This document shows, in pieces, positions 1 to 11,870 of a DNA stretch of 64,000 bases. Numbering within the stretch: the stretch's first letter is position 1; each line of letters begins with the position of its first letter. This DNA comes from Macrostomum hystrix (lineage: Eukaryota > Animalia > Platyhelminthes), in assembly GCA_950097015.1 (NCBI GenBank), contig CATNEN010000032.1:1240001-1304000 (forward strand), written 5' to 3'. Position numbers and translations under genes: made by a program. The notes beneath the pieces are model-generated. The model was given only the letters and a program-made list of their open reading frames with translations, did not search any database and was not told where the DNA came from.

Positions 1-257
1 GGTGGTCGCAGTTTAGGGCTTGAATTAGGGATTTTCTCAGCTGCTGTTGATGCTTCTCTGTCACACGTTTTTTCTAGTATCATAGTCAGAGTCTGGAGCA
101 CTTTTTGCAGTTCTAACTGGCCTACATTTACTTCAGGTGGCTTCACATCATTGTTCCCTCCTGGTGGAGCTGACTGAGTTTGGTTGTCTCCTGCCTGTAG
201 GTTCACTTGAGCTCCAGCACCATCAGGCGGCAGTGCCTCGTCACCCTCTCCGATCAT
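1..257 (-). CDS. Open reading frame running off the left edge; possibly the gag N-terminus of an LTR retroelement or the first exon of a host gene
   Basis: ATG at 257-255, directly preceded by an in-frame TAA, then 85 stop-free codons to the edge: MIGEGDEALPPDGAGAQVNLQAGDNQTQSAPPGGNNDVKPPEVNVGQLELQKVLQTLTMILEKTCDREASTAAEKIPNSSPKLRP. Absent from the ORF track because its stop lies outside the window. No homology recognised. Confidence 0.4.
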   Translation of the reverse strand, partial: MIGEGDEALPPDGAGAQVNLQAGDNQTQSAPPGGNNDVKPPEVNVGQLELQKVLQTLTMILEKTCDREASTAAEKIPNSSPKLRP

Positions 258-655
258 TTAGAGAAGCGGAATGAGAATAGGAAAAGAGGAGATGGAAGGT
301 TAAAGGTGAAGGCAGACACAGAATTGTCTGGCAGAGAAAGAGGCCCCTACTCAAATTCTTGGAAACGCTGGCGAACGACCAAAATTTTATGTGCTAAACT
401 CTGCCAGACGGGCCCTATACAAAAAATTATTTCTAAGCCTAAAAACGAGACAGCCTCACCAAGCCAGTACTGCCAGTGCCGCGGCGTGTTGAGCTCGTGG
501 GGGTGTTGTCGCTCTGGCTGAGGACGTACAATTAACGTTGGACTTGCGGTCGGCCACTGGTTAGGTCGTCTCTGATTGGTTGGCAGGTAATCAGCCAATT
601 AGGTTGCTCCGACTTCTAACTTCTAGCTTCTAGTATTCCAAACTAGACAGTCACA
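1..655 (-). mobile_element. Possible 5' LTR, primer-binding site and gag start of an LTR retrotransposon
   Basis: Minus strand: TGTG (655) ... CACA (390) bounds a 266-bp segment containing CCAAT boxes. It is followed by TAAAATTT-TGGTCGTTCG, which matches the tRNA-Tyr-type PBS TGGTCCTTCG at 9/10 positions, and then by the intronless ORF at 257. No 3' LTR or pol is visible in the window. Confidence 0.3.
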
Positions 656-2558
656 GCTAGGCAAACAGGTAACTATGACGGTGCATATGCCCTTTAAGTC
701 GGCACTTGCTGTTGGTCAGGGTTAGACGCCGATGTTGATGTGTAGTCAGTAGCAGTGTAGAAGTGTAGCAGTGTAGCGGTAGCGGTAGCAATTTTGTTCT
801 TGTCTTCGAGGTGGGACCCTCCAAATTTATGTGACGAATAAAGGTTAGTGTAGCGGTAATATCGTCGAATTATATTTGATATAAATAAGTGTGTATATAT
901 ATTTCCAAAGTAATCTCGATGCTCACACGCTCGACACAAGGCACGGTAGAGCAGAAAAATATACATACGTTGCTTTTTAAAAAGGACAGCTAATTCTTAG
1001 AATGATACAATATAACAATAATTAGTAAACATGCTTAGCATATAAATAATAATCTTGTCAGCAACTTGTAATGTAGCGAATTACTATAAAATAAATAAGC
1101 AATTAAACTACCAATTAAACTACAATTAAAGGTTACACCGTCACAAAGACTTGGGTCAATCTCAATTTGAATAACCAGTGCCAGAAGGCACTCTTTAAGT
1201 TCTCTGTAGTGCCTCTTCTGCTCTTGTCACTCATTGCAAAAAGCAAATAGGGCCTACTGCAATGGCCTGCACTTTTTTTCGAATTATATGTCAAATGTTT
1301 TTTTCCAATAAGGCCAACATTAATTTATTGATTTAGTAAAAATATCATATTTGCACTGTGACGGTCCAATGTAATTAGCAAATCTTCAATGCCATTGGCC
1401 AGCCATTGATGCTATTGCTGGTTTGTATCTACTATCAATAGAATGCTAGGCATATTGTAGGATATAGCTAGTAATAGTAAATCGTGGCCACTTTTAGTTT
1501 ATGAAAGTTGGCAGGAATTCCAAGTTGTTTAAAAACATATATTGGTGTATTGATTGTCATATTTTGGGCAGTCAAATTTCAAACTTCATTTTATGCTAGG
1601 CCCCTACTACTATAGACAAGAGATTTAATTGTCACATCATATTTTTCACCCAATTTGAAAAAAAGAGCAAAAGTAAAATAATTTATAGCTAGATCGCATG
1701 CTTGTATATAGAACAAATATAAAATATCTCTTTAAAACCCCATAGCAAGTTGATAGGTACTAGACAATGTGAAAACCACATTTAGTACATCATTGCATTC
1801 CTACTCATATAGGCCTTAGTTGAAGAAGTTTTGTAGGCTTATGCATGAAAATTCGTATCATTCAATATAAATCTTGGCATAGCTGATACAAAGCTATTAT
1901 GACTGGTTACAAAGGGATATAGTACCTTATTCACAAAAATTATCTTCATAAACATAATGCAGAATAATTCTCAAAGTACACAATTCGTTTTCAACAACAA
2001 GATTTTTCACATCTTTTCATGCAAAATAAAATCCTTAAGCCATCTAATTAAGCAAAACAATGATATGATATATTTTTTTATAGATATTTATTGTATTTAT
2101 TTGATAGACCACATCATAAACCTCATTGATTGACATTCAAATTAGCTTAAAAATGTAAATACCAAGCTTATAACTATTTGCATTTTGTAACTGATTTGTA
2201 TATTAAAAGCATTCCTTAGGTTTTTCAAAGAAAAAATTTATTCTGTTATTGTGCTTTTATGGGAAAAACAGAAAATGCAGTTTTTTTGTGTCTTGTGCAA
2301 CAAAGAAAAGTCATGCAGTTTTAATTAATTTTTTTAATTTTTTGGTCTGATAGATTTGTTTCAGGCACTTGCACTACTTAAGTCAAAATGAACTAATTAT
2401 AATACTCGTAGATAAAGAGACGTCAAAGTCAACAATAAAAAGTAAACTTTATAATAACAATAAAAACAATAAACAATAAAAAGAAGCTCCCCTTTTAAGT
2501 CATGGTTGATATAATATGAGCCTTACCTCAATCATCTCCAGTTCTTCACTGATCAGTC

Positions 2559-3610
2559 ATGAATAGCGACGATCTAGTATGGCAGATCATCAACAACAGC
2601 TTCTGCAGTTTTATGGTTAAAACCAAAACTTCAAAGTTCTGTCGAAACGAGTACAATGTCACCGGCCTGTGCAATCGGCACTCCTGCCCCCTGGCCAACT
2701 CACAGTATGCCACAGTTCGCGAAGAAGACGGCGTCATCTACCTGTACCTGAAGGTGGCCGAGCGGGCCCACCTGCCAGCCAGGATGTGGGAGCGAGTGAA
2801 ACTTCATCGGAATTACGAGCGCGCGATTGGTCAGATTAAGGAGCGCCTGATCTACTGGAATAATTGGATTCGGCGGCGGGTCATTGCCAGGTAGATTTTT
2901 AGACTGATAGTGACGTGATAGCTGTAAATATAGCCATAGAGTCTTCACACCATAGAAATAGGAAAATTCACACTATAGAACCTTTTAACCATAGAATCTT
3001 CACACCGGGAAAATTCACAATGAGACACTTCCTACCATAGACATCGGGGCATCGCAGTTATTTAATTTTTATTGCATTGACAACCTCCGTGAGCAGGTTC
3101 GATCGCCTGTTGGAGGTTCAGAAGCGCAGCCGTCAGCTTGTGCTAACCTCAGCCAAGAAGTTGGTGCCCCTGTCGCGCAAAGTGGAGCGTCGAGAACGTC
3201 GACGGGAAGACAAGGCGCTGACAAGAGCCGGCCTGGAGACGGCGATCGAGCGGGAGATGCTTGACCGGCTGAGGGCGGCCAACCCGGAGGAGTTCGTCAA
3301 TGTCGACCGGGCGGCCTACGAGAAGGCGCTGGAAGCTGTGGAAGTTGAAGACGAAGAAGAGGACGAAGAGGAAGAGGAAGAAGAAGAAGAATCTGAGAGT
3401 GAAACAGAATTTGTTGAAGACTTCGACGAGTCAGAAGAGGAGATTGAGGACATCCAGGAGGAGGAAGAGGAAGAGGAACCGCAGCCAATCAAACAGAAGG
3501 TCGCGCTGAGTCAAAAAATCGGCGGTGGTGGCGGAGCGGGCTCGTCCGCGTCAGCAGCCGCGCCGCCTAAGAAGCGAGCGAAAGTTACAATTGAATATGA
3601 CTCGGACTGA
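2559..3610 (+). CDS. MAK16: Protein MAK16 homolog (60S ribosome biogenesis); exons 2559-2890 and 3097-3610
   Basis: [18 protein letters not shown]...[30 protein letters not shown] is the MAK16 N-terminal motif. A phase-2 GT(2891)-AG(3096) intron joins it to RFDRLL...[22 protein letters not shown], an acidic tail and the C-terminal KRAKVTIEY motif. Confidence 0.96.
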
Positions 3611-4101
3611 CCAGCCTACTGCCTCCCCGCTATTGTGCCTTGCGTCTGTCTGTCCGCTGTCTGTGTAGCTTCTCTGCCTGTTATTCTCCTTTCTGCCTCT
3701 CTGTCTTCTTCGTGAATTTGTCCCCATTTTATTCCCTTCTTTCTCCTCCTTCCCTCTCATGTCTTTCTCCCCCCGTTCTCCCTGTCTTTCTCCCCATTTT
3801 CTCTCACTCCACCCTTTTCTCCGCCCTTAGGACAACCCACTCAAAAATTCTAGCCGCAGTGGCTGTAACAATAAGAAGTTACAGCACAGTGACGCAGACG
3901 TGGGAACTAACTCGTAGACAAGTCTCAATGTCATTGATTGTTAGATCCAGTGCCGCTGACTAAACAATTAACAAAATACAAATGCATACATCATGCCTCT
4001 GCGCAGTTAGAAATCTTTAATTGCTTGACACACTGTGCATTTTGTTGACAGTAAAACAGTTTAAGAGAGTTTTTTTGTCAAAATATTATATGCCTAATAC
4101 G

Positions 4102-5250
4102 AAAGATGATCTACTCATCTGGAAGATGATCTACTCATCTGGAAGATGATCTACTCATCTGGAAGATGATCTACTCATCTGGAAGATGATCTACTCATCT
4201 GGAAGATGATCTACTCATATAGAAGATAATCTACTCATCTGGAAGATGATCTACTGATCTGGAAGATGATCTACTCATCTGGAAGATGATCTACTCATCT
4301 GGAAGATGATCTACTCATCTGGAAGATGATCTACTCATCTGGAAGACGAGCTACTCATCTAGAAGATGATCTACTCATCTGGAAGATGATCTACTCATCT
4401 AGAAGATGATCTACTCATCTGGAAGACGAGCTACTCATCTAGAAGATGATCTACTCATCTAGAAGATAATCTACTTATCTAGAAGATAATCTACTCATCT
4501 GGAAGACGAGCTACTCATCTAGAAGATAATCTACTCATCTGGAAGATGATCTACTCATCTGGAAGACGAGCTACTCATCTAGAAGATGATCTACTCATCT
4601 GGAAGATGATCTACTCATCTAGAAGATTATCTACTCATCTGGAAGACGAGCTACTCATCTAGAAGATGATCTACTCATCTGGAAGATGATCTACTCATCT
4701 GGAAGACGAGCTACTCATCTGGAAGATGATCTACTCATCTGGAAGATGATCTACTCAATTGGAAGATGATCTACTCATCTGGAAGATGATCTACTCATCT
4801 GGAAGATGATCTACTCATCTGGAAGATGATCTACTCATCTGGAAGATGATCTACTCATCTAGAAGATGATCTACTCATCTGGAAGATGATCTACTCATCT
4901 AGAAGATGATCTACTCATCTGGAAGATGATCTACTCATCTAGAAGATGATCTACTCATCTGGAAGATGATCTACTCATCTAGAAGATGATCTACTCATCT
5001 GGAAGATGATCTACTCATCTGGAAGATGATCTACTCATCTGGAAGATGATCTACTCATCTAGAAGATGATCTACTCATCTGGAAGATGATCTACTCATCT
5101 AGAAGATTATCTACTCATCTGGAAGACGAGCTACTCATCTAGAAGATGATCTACTCATCTGGAAGATGATCTACTCATCTGGAAGATGATCTACTCATCT
5201 GGAAGACGAGCTACTCATCTGGAAGATGATCTACTCATATGGAAGTTGAT
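4102..5250. repeat. 20-bp minisatellite (GAAGATGATCTACTCATCTG)n with an internal hairpin
   Basis: About 57 tandem copies; each unit contains the inverted repeat AGATGA-TCTAC-TCATCT. Confidence 0.97.
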
Positions 5251-5625
5251 ATACTATCAAAATGTAAAAAAATATAATTCGAAGATAGACGCACAACGAA
5301 ATTTTCGCTGCATCCATTTTGGACTACTTATTTAGAGTAGTATGATTGTCATTGCAATATTAACATTTTAGTGTTTTTTTTCAAGAAAGTGTATCTTAAT
5401 TTCTCAAAAGCTTTGAGTTAAAATCTGCGCACAGTTTGTGCACTTTTTTCGCAAACTTGCGAGGCAGTGGTATTCGTAGGGAAAAACTAGACTTACACTC
5501 GTACATTGTGCCGTGCAGCTTCCTCAAGCTGACAAACATGCGGCCTTTGGGACATCGCCGCAAACAAACTATTGTAATTTCGCATTAGCATTCACCCCGC
5601 TCCGTTCCTCGCTCCGCCAACTGAT

Positions 5626-6790
5626 CCTACCGTTCCCGACTCTTCCTCCGTTCCCGACTCTTCCTACCGCTCCCTACTCTTCCTACCGCTCCCTACTCTT
5701 CCTACCGCTCCCTACTCTTCCTACCGCTCCCTACTCTTCCTACCGCTCCCGACTCTTCCTACCGTTCCCGACTCTTCCTACCGCTCCCTACTCTTCCTAC
5801 CGTTCCCGTCTCTTCCTACCGTTCCCGACTGTTCCTACCGTTCCCGACTGTTCCTACCGTTCCCGACTCTTCCTACCGTTCCCGACTCTTCCTACCGTTC
5901 CCTACTCTTCCTACCGCTCCCGACTCTTCCTACCGTTCCCGACTCTTCCTACCGCTCCCTACTCTTCCTACCGTTCCCGTCTCTTCCTACCGTTCCCGAC
6001 TGTTCCTACCGTTCCCGACTGTTCCTACCGTTCCCGACTGTTCCTACCGTTCCCGACTGTTCCTACCGTTCCCTACTCTTCCTACCGCTCCCTACTCTTC
6101 CTACCGTTCCCGACTCTTCCTACCGTTCCCGACTCTTCCTACCGTTCCCGACTCTTCCTAACGCTCCCTACTCTTCCTACCGCTCCCTACTCTTCCTACC
6201 GCTCCCTACTCTTCCTACCGCTCCCTACTCTTCCTACCGTTCCCGTCTCTTCCTACCGCTCCCTACTCTTCCTACCGTTCCCGTCTCTTCCTACCGTTCC
6301 CGACTGTTCCTACCGTTCCCGACTGTTCCTACCGTTCCCGACTCTTCCTACCGTTCCCGACTCTTCCTACCGTTCCCGACTGTTCCTACCGTTCCCGACT
6401 GTTCCTACCGTTCCCGACTCTTCCTACCGTTCCCTACTCTTCCTACCGTTCCCGACTCTTCCTACCGTTCCCGACTCTTCCTACCGTTCCCGACTCGTCC
6501 TACCGCTCCCTACTCTTTCTACCGCTCCCTACTCTTACTACCGCTCCCTACTATTCGTACCGCTCCCTACTCTTCCTACCGCTCCCTACTCTTACTACCG
6601 CTCCCTACTCTTCCTACCGCTCCCTACTCTTACTACCGCTCCCTACTATTCCTACCGCTCCTTACTCCTACTACCGCTCCCTACTCTTCCTACCGCTCCC
6701 TACTCTTTCTACCGCTCCCTACTATTCCTACCGCTCCCTACTCTTCCTACCGTTCCCTACTCTTCCTACCGCTCCCTACTCTTCCTACCG
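5626..6790. repeat. 19-bp pyrimidine-rich minisatellite (CTCTTCCTACCGYTCCCKA)n
   Basis: About 60 tandem copies; explains the spurious ORF 5513-6820. Confidence 0.96.
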
Positions 6791-6939
6791 TCTCCTAGTC
6801 TTGTTCAATATTTTTATTGAGTAGAATCGGGAGTTTATAGCTAATAACTACAAGTAAGTTTAAAATGTTCATGGCATTCATAGACAACAGAAAATTCGTG
6901 AGATCTCAAAGTTCGTAGCTCGCAGAGTGCTCATTTACT

Positions 6940-9900
6940 TCAGGTCAGCTGAGTAAAGGTCGCACCGCGTTCCTCTTCCTGCTGCTGTTTTTCCAGGTCC
7001 AGCTCTTCTTGCTGCTGCTGCGTGAGCAGTGGCGGCTGAGAATGCGCCTGCAGGCTTGAGTAGTTGCCATAATGAGACGATCCAGCCGTTGTTTCGTCGC
7101 TGGAGCGCAAAAGATTCAATGGTGGCTTAGAGCGAAATGGTGTTTTTTTATAAAAACTCATCTGCTCACTGATCATTCATCCTGTAGTCGATCTTGCCAT
7201 GCCCGGCTAGATAGTTGGCATATTCGCTCATTTCAGCGAACGAAGATATGGACTTCTTGACAGTCTCCAAGTCCTGTTGGTGTCGCTGCTGCAGCTGCTG
7301 CTGGTGTTGCATCAGCAGTTCGCCCGAGGTCGGCCTGCGCTTCTTGACGGCCTTCTTCTTGGCGGCCACCTGGATGGCGTAGTTGTCTCTGGCGCTCCAG
7401 TTGGGGTGCATCTGCATGTGCAGCTCCTTCTCCTTGCGGGCTAGCTCGTAGTACTTGGCCTGCTCGTCACGAGTCAGGGCGTGCCACTGCGGGTTGTCAG
7501 GAGAGGGTTTGCGATCGCTGGACATTGCTGCCATTGAAGCTAGATGTATTCACCTCATAATCTGGAGGGATTTTTTGACTTAACTTAGCGGCAGGGAGCC
7601 TCCATGACGGACGCAGCGAGGAGGCGGCAGATGCCGCCCATATCGCTAACCCCTGGCAGCAATCTGGAGGGATTCCTACCAATTGGGAATCTCGTCTGAT
7701 TGAAAGTCTGGAGCGAAACTTCATTGAGAGTCTGGAGGGATTCCCATTGAGAGTCTGGAGGGATTCCCATTGAGAGTCTGGAGGGATTCCCATTGAGAGT
7801 CTGGAGGCATTCCCATTGAGAGTCTGGAGGGATTCCCATTGAGAGTCTGGAGGGATTCCCATAGAGAGTCTGGAGGGGTTCCCATAGAGAGTCTGGAGGG
7901 ATTCCCATAGAGAGTCTGGAGGGGTTCCCATAGAGAGTCTGGAGGGATTCCCATAGAGAGTCTGGAGGGATTCCCATAGAGAGTCTGGAGGGATTCCCAT
8001 AGAGAGTCTGGAGGGGTTCCCATAGAGAGTCTGGAGGGATTCCCATAGAGAGTCTGGAGGGGTTCCCATAGAGAGTCTGGAGGGATTCCCATAGAGAGTC
8101 TGGAGGCATTTCAATTGAGAGTCTGGAGGGATTCCCATTGAGAGTCTGGAGGGATTCCCATAGAGAGTCTGGAGGCATTCCCATAGAGAGTCTGGAGGGA
8201 TTCCCATTGAGAGTCTGGAGGCATTCCCATAGAGAGTCTGGAGGGATTCCTATTGAGAGTCTGGAGGGTTTCCCATTGAGAGTCTAGAGGGATTCCCATG
8301 GAGAGTCTGGACGGATTCCCATTGAGAGTCTGGACGGATTCCCATTGAGAGTCTGGAGGGATTCCTACTGAGAGTCTGGAGGGATTCCCATAGAGAGTCT
8401 GGATGGATTCCCATTGAGAGTCTGGACGGATTCCCATGGAGAGTCTGGAGGGATTCCCATGGAGAGTCTAGAGGGATTCCCATAGAGTCTGGAGGGATTC
8501 CCATAGAGAGTCTGGAGGAATTTCCATAGAGAGTCTGGAGGGATTCTCATTGAGAGTCTGGAGGGACTCTCATTGAGAGTCTGGAGGGATTTTAGTTGTG
8601 AGTCTAGAGGGAATCCTATTAAGAATCCTGTCTCGAGGGAATCCCATAGAAAGTCTGGAGGGATTCCCGTTGAGAGTCTGGAGGGATTCCCATTGAGAGT
8701 CTGGAGGGATTCCCATAGAGAGTCTGGAGGGATTCCCATAGAGAGTCTGGACGGATTCCCATTGAGAGTCTGGACGGATTCCCATAGAGAGTCTGGAGGG
8801 ATTCCTATTGAGAGTCTGGAGGGATTCCCATAGAGTGTCTGGATGGATTCCCATAGAGAGTCTGGACGGATTACCATTGAGAGTCTGGAGGGATTCCCAT
8901 AGAGAGTCTGGAGGGATTCTCATTGAGAGTCTGGAGGGACTCTCATTGAGAGTCTGGAGGGATTTTAGTTGTGAGTCTAGAGGGAATCCTATTAAGAATC
9001 CTGTCTCGAGGGAATCCCATAGAAAGTCTGGAGGGATTCCCGTTGAGAGTCTGGAGGGATTCCCATTGAGAGTCTGGAGGGATTCCCATTGAGAGTCTGG
9101 AAGGATTCCCATTGAGAGTTTGGAGGTATTCTCATTGAGAGTCTGGAGGGACTCTCATTGAGAGTCTGGAGGGATTTTAGTTGTGAGTCTAGAGGGAATC
9201 CTATTAAGAATCCTGTCTCGAGGGAATCCCATAGAAAGTCTGGAGGGATTCCCATTGAGAGTCTGGGGGGATTCTCATTGAGAGTCTGGAGGGATTCCCA
9301 TTGAGAGTCTGGAGGGATTCCCATTGAGAGTCTGGAGGGATTCCCTTAGAGAGTCTGGAGGCATTTCCATAGAGAGTCTGGAGGGATTCCCAAAGAGTCT
9401 GGAGGGATTCCCATAGAGTCTGGAGGGATTCCCATAGAGAGTCTGGAGGGATTCCCAAAGAGTCTGGAGGGATTCCCAAAGAGTCTGGAGGGATTCCCAT
9501 AGAGAGTCTGGAGGGGTTCCCATAGAGAGTCTGGAGGGATTCCCATAGAGAGTCTGGAGGGATTCCCAAAGAGTCTGGAGGGATTCCCAAAGAGTCTGGA
9601 GGGATTCCCATAGAGAGTCTGGAGGGGTTCCCATAGAGAGTCTGGAGGGGTTCCCATAGAGAGTCTGGAGGGATTCCCATAGAGAGTCTGGAGGGATTCC
9701 CATAGAGAGTCTGGAGGCATTTCAATTGAGAGTCTGGAGGGATTCCCATTGAGAGTCTGGAGGGATTCCCATAGAGAGTCTGGAGGGATGTTAGTTGTGA
9801 GTCTAGAGGGAATCCTATTAAGAATCCGTCTCGAGGGATTCCCAGACACCCCTGGAACCCAGACACCCCTGTGAGTCTGGAACTGATAGAAATCAGTTAA

Positions 9901-10836
9901 AGCAATTGAAGCAACAGACGGAGAATTTTTATATAAAAGAGAAGAAAATTCAAAGTAACGTTTAGGGATGAAATAGTGTCAAATTCGGATAACAGAAAAC
10001 GGCGATCACCTTCCGGCCAAGAATTTGATTGATGGCTGCCGACTCCTTGAGCGTGCACTCTGCCACAACCTTGCCCCGCATCTCCTTCATGAACAGCATG
10101 AACGCGTTCAGCGGCTTCTTCACGTGCGCCACCTTCTTGCTACTGCTTGCGGAGGCCTTGCTGACTCCTCCGACCGCTGAGCCGCCAAGGCTACCGCCGC
10201 CGCCGCTGCTCGGTCCGCTGGTACACGCGGCTGAAGCTAAGCCCATTGTATCGTAGATGCTGCCACCGCTCAGCTGATAACTACCTGGACTGACGTGCTG
10301 GTGATGCTGCTCGAGCTGCGGAAACCTAGAAGCCTGATGAGCTGAATAGAAGGCCTGTTGCTGCTGTTGCTGCTGATGCTGGATCTGGTGCTGCTGCTGA
10401 TGAAATCCACCGTAGCCGCCGCCGCCGCTGTTGCTGCTCATCGACGAGGCAAACCTACCGCCGCCAATGCCGCCACCGCCGCCCAGGCCCGCGGCTGAAT
10501 AAGCAGCCGCAGCAGCCACCGCTGCCGCCGAGTGCGGTTCTCCAGTGCCGCCTGCAGACGCGACACTGCCTCCTGTCCAGCATTGGCCAAAGTCGGGCAT
10601 CGAGGAGCCACCGTAGAAGTTGGTGGCGGCTGCCGCGGCACCAGATTGCATCGGCTGAGGCAGCGGCTGCGTTGGATGCTGCGCAGGGTTGTGCAAGCTG
10701 CCATAGACAGTGCGGCTGAAGCCTGCTTTGGTGCAGGCGGGGAATCATTATTTGATATTTTGATTTAATGAAAACCTGATTCATTGAGCTCACCATGCGA
10801 GTCCTGGCAATGCACCTCATTTTCATAGCCGGCCAT
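6940..10836 (-). CDS. TCF: TCF/LEF (pangolin-like) HMG-box transcription factor; predicted exons 10836-10794, 10722-10010, 7486-7170, 7099-6940 (410 aa)
   Basis: [39 protein letters not shown]|[36 protein letters not shown] followed by a basic tail is the diagnostic TCF/LEF HMG box. It is split by a phase-0 GT(10009)-AG(7487) intron at GRK|W. Flanking 71-nt and 70-nt GT-AG introns keep the frame (1233 nt in total). The terminal exons are less certain than the HMG exons. Confidence 0.92.
7700..9845. repeat. 23-bp minisatellite (GAGAGTCTGGAGGGATTCCCATW)n filling the TCF HMG-box intron
   Basis: Tandem copies interrupted four times by the same ~70-bp cassette (...TTAGTTGTGAGTCTAGAGGGAATCCTATTAAGAATCC...). 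Explains the [15 protein letters not shown] ORFs. Confidence 0.96.
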
Positions 10837-11429
10837 TCTGCTATCGCCCTCGCTTTTATTCTCTTTTGGCCTTTGCCTACTAGCCTCTGTCTGTCTCTCT
10901 TTCGCTTTCTTCTTTTGTCAACTTTCCCTTCTATCTGGCTTTGTGAGCAGCGCAGCGTCCGCCTTTGCTTTCAACAGCTCTCTCTCTCTGTGTGTGTAGG
11001 TCGGCTCTGCCTCTTCTTTTCTTGGCGTCTTCTTCTTGTGTCTTCTAACCCTTTTTTGTGAAATTTGATTACCGCCGTTTGATCTGAAGGGCTCAAATGC
11101 GAGACTGATGGACAAAAGGCCTGCCTGTGTATAGTTGGGCCCGCTTGTCTGTTCTTCTCTTTATTTTGTTCCTTGACTTTGGTTACAAAAGACCCTCCGG
11201 ATAGGGGCAGCTTTGTCGCTTCAAAAGATAAAAGTCACACAGGGCCTATCGGACATTGCCGAGGGGTTGCAGAAGGCAGATACGGGCGGGCTAGCGGCCT
11301 GAGTAAAGGAGAATGAATTATCTTTTTCTAGATCAAAAGCTTCCTTCTTTTGCTCAGTCCGCACTCACACTCACACACTGATGCAAGGGCGATGCGGCAT
11401 GCAGTCCCGGGGGACGCGGCGGCAAATCA

Positions 11430-11490
11430 GTGCGTCGCCATTGGCTGGGCGAGTGAAGCTTGACGGAGAGCTGCTGTGATTGGCTAGCTG
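11430..11490 (-). promoter_or_regulatory. CCAAT boxes, candidate TCF promoter region
   Basis: Two ATTGG motifs (CCATTGGCT, GTGATTGGCT) about 600 bp upstream of the predicted TCF ATG, at a GC-rich/AT-rich boundary. Confidence 0.3.
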
Positions 11491-11679
11491 CGCTGTGCGG
11501 GCTTGAGAAAATATTTGCAAATTTGCCAATTCAATTCTGTCTTGCTGTGAATAAATATTTTTTCTGAGATTGTGAGATTGAAATTGGGAGGGAAAATTGT
11601 GGGAATTGTAATAAGAGCAGTGACGGAGATATTTTGAAAGGAAGATATTTTGAAGGGGAGAGATTTTGATTAGGGGACA

Positions 11680-11870
11680 TTTCGAGGTGAGATTTCGAGG
11701 TTGAGACTTCGATTAGGTGAGATTTCGAGGTGAGACTTCGATTAGGTGAGATTTCGATGTGAGACTTCGATTAGGTGAGACTTCGATTAGGTGAGATTTC
11801 GATTAGGTGAGATTTCGATTAGGTGAGATTTCGATGTGAGACTTCGATTAGGTGAGATTTCGAGGTTGAG
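11680..11870. repeat. Short ~16-bp minisatellite (GAGAYTTCGATTAGGT)n
   Basis: About 12 degenerate tandem copies between the TCF and beta-galactosidase genes. Confidence 0.85.

Noticed and set aside
668-683. GGTAACTATGACGGT resembling the LSU rRNA homing-endonuclease target region
   Set aside because: A short match with no surrounding rRNA sequence.
674-1145. Possible MITE or solo LTR with a 10-bp terminal inverted repeat (TATGACGGTG...CACCGTCACA)
   Set aside because: 9/10 match only, no target-site duplication and no second copy in the window.
7170-7262. Degenerate C-clamp in TCF (KKSISSF...)
   Set aside because: Only KK...F aligns; none of the four cysteines or the basic RRKKK stretch is present.
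5513-9866. ORFs PTLPTAPYSSYRS... and [15 protein letters not shown]...
   Set aside because: Minisatellite artefacts; the second set lies inside the TCF intron.
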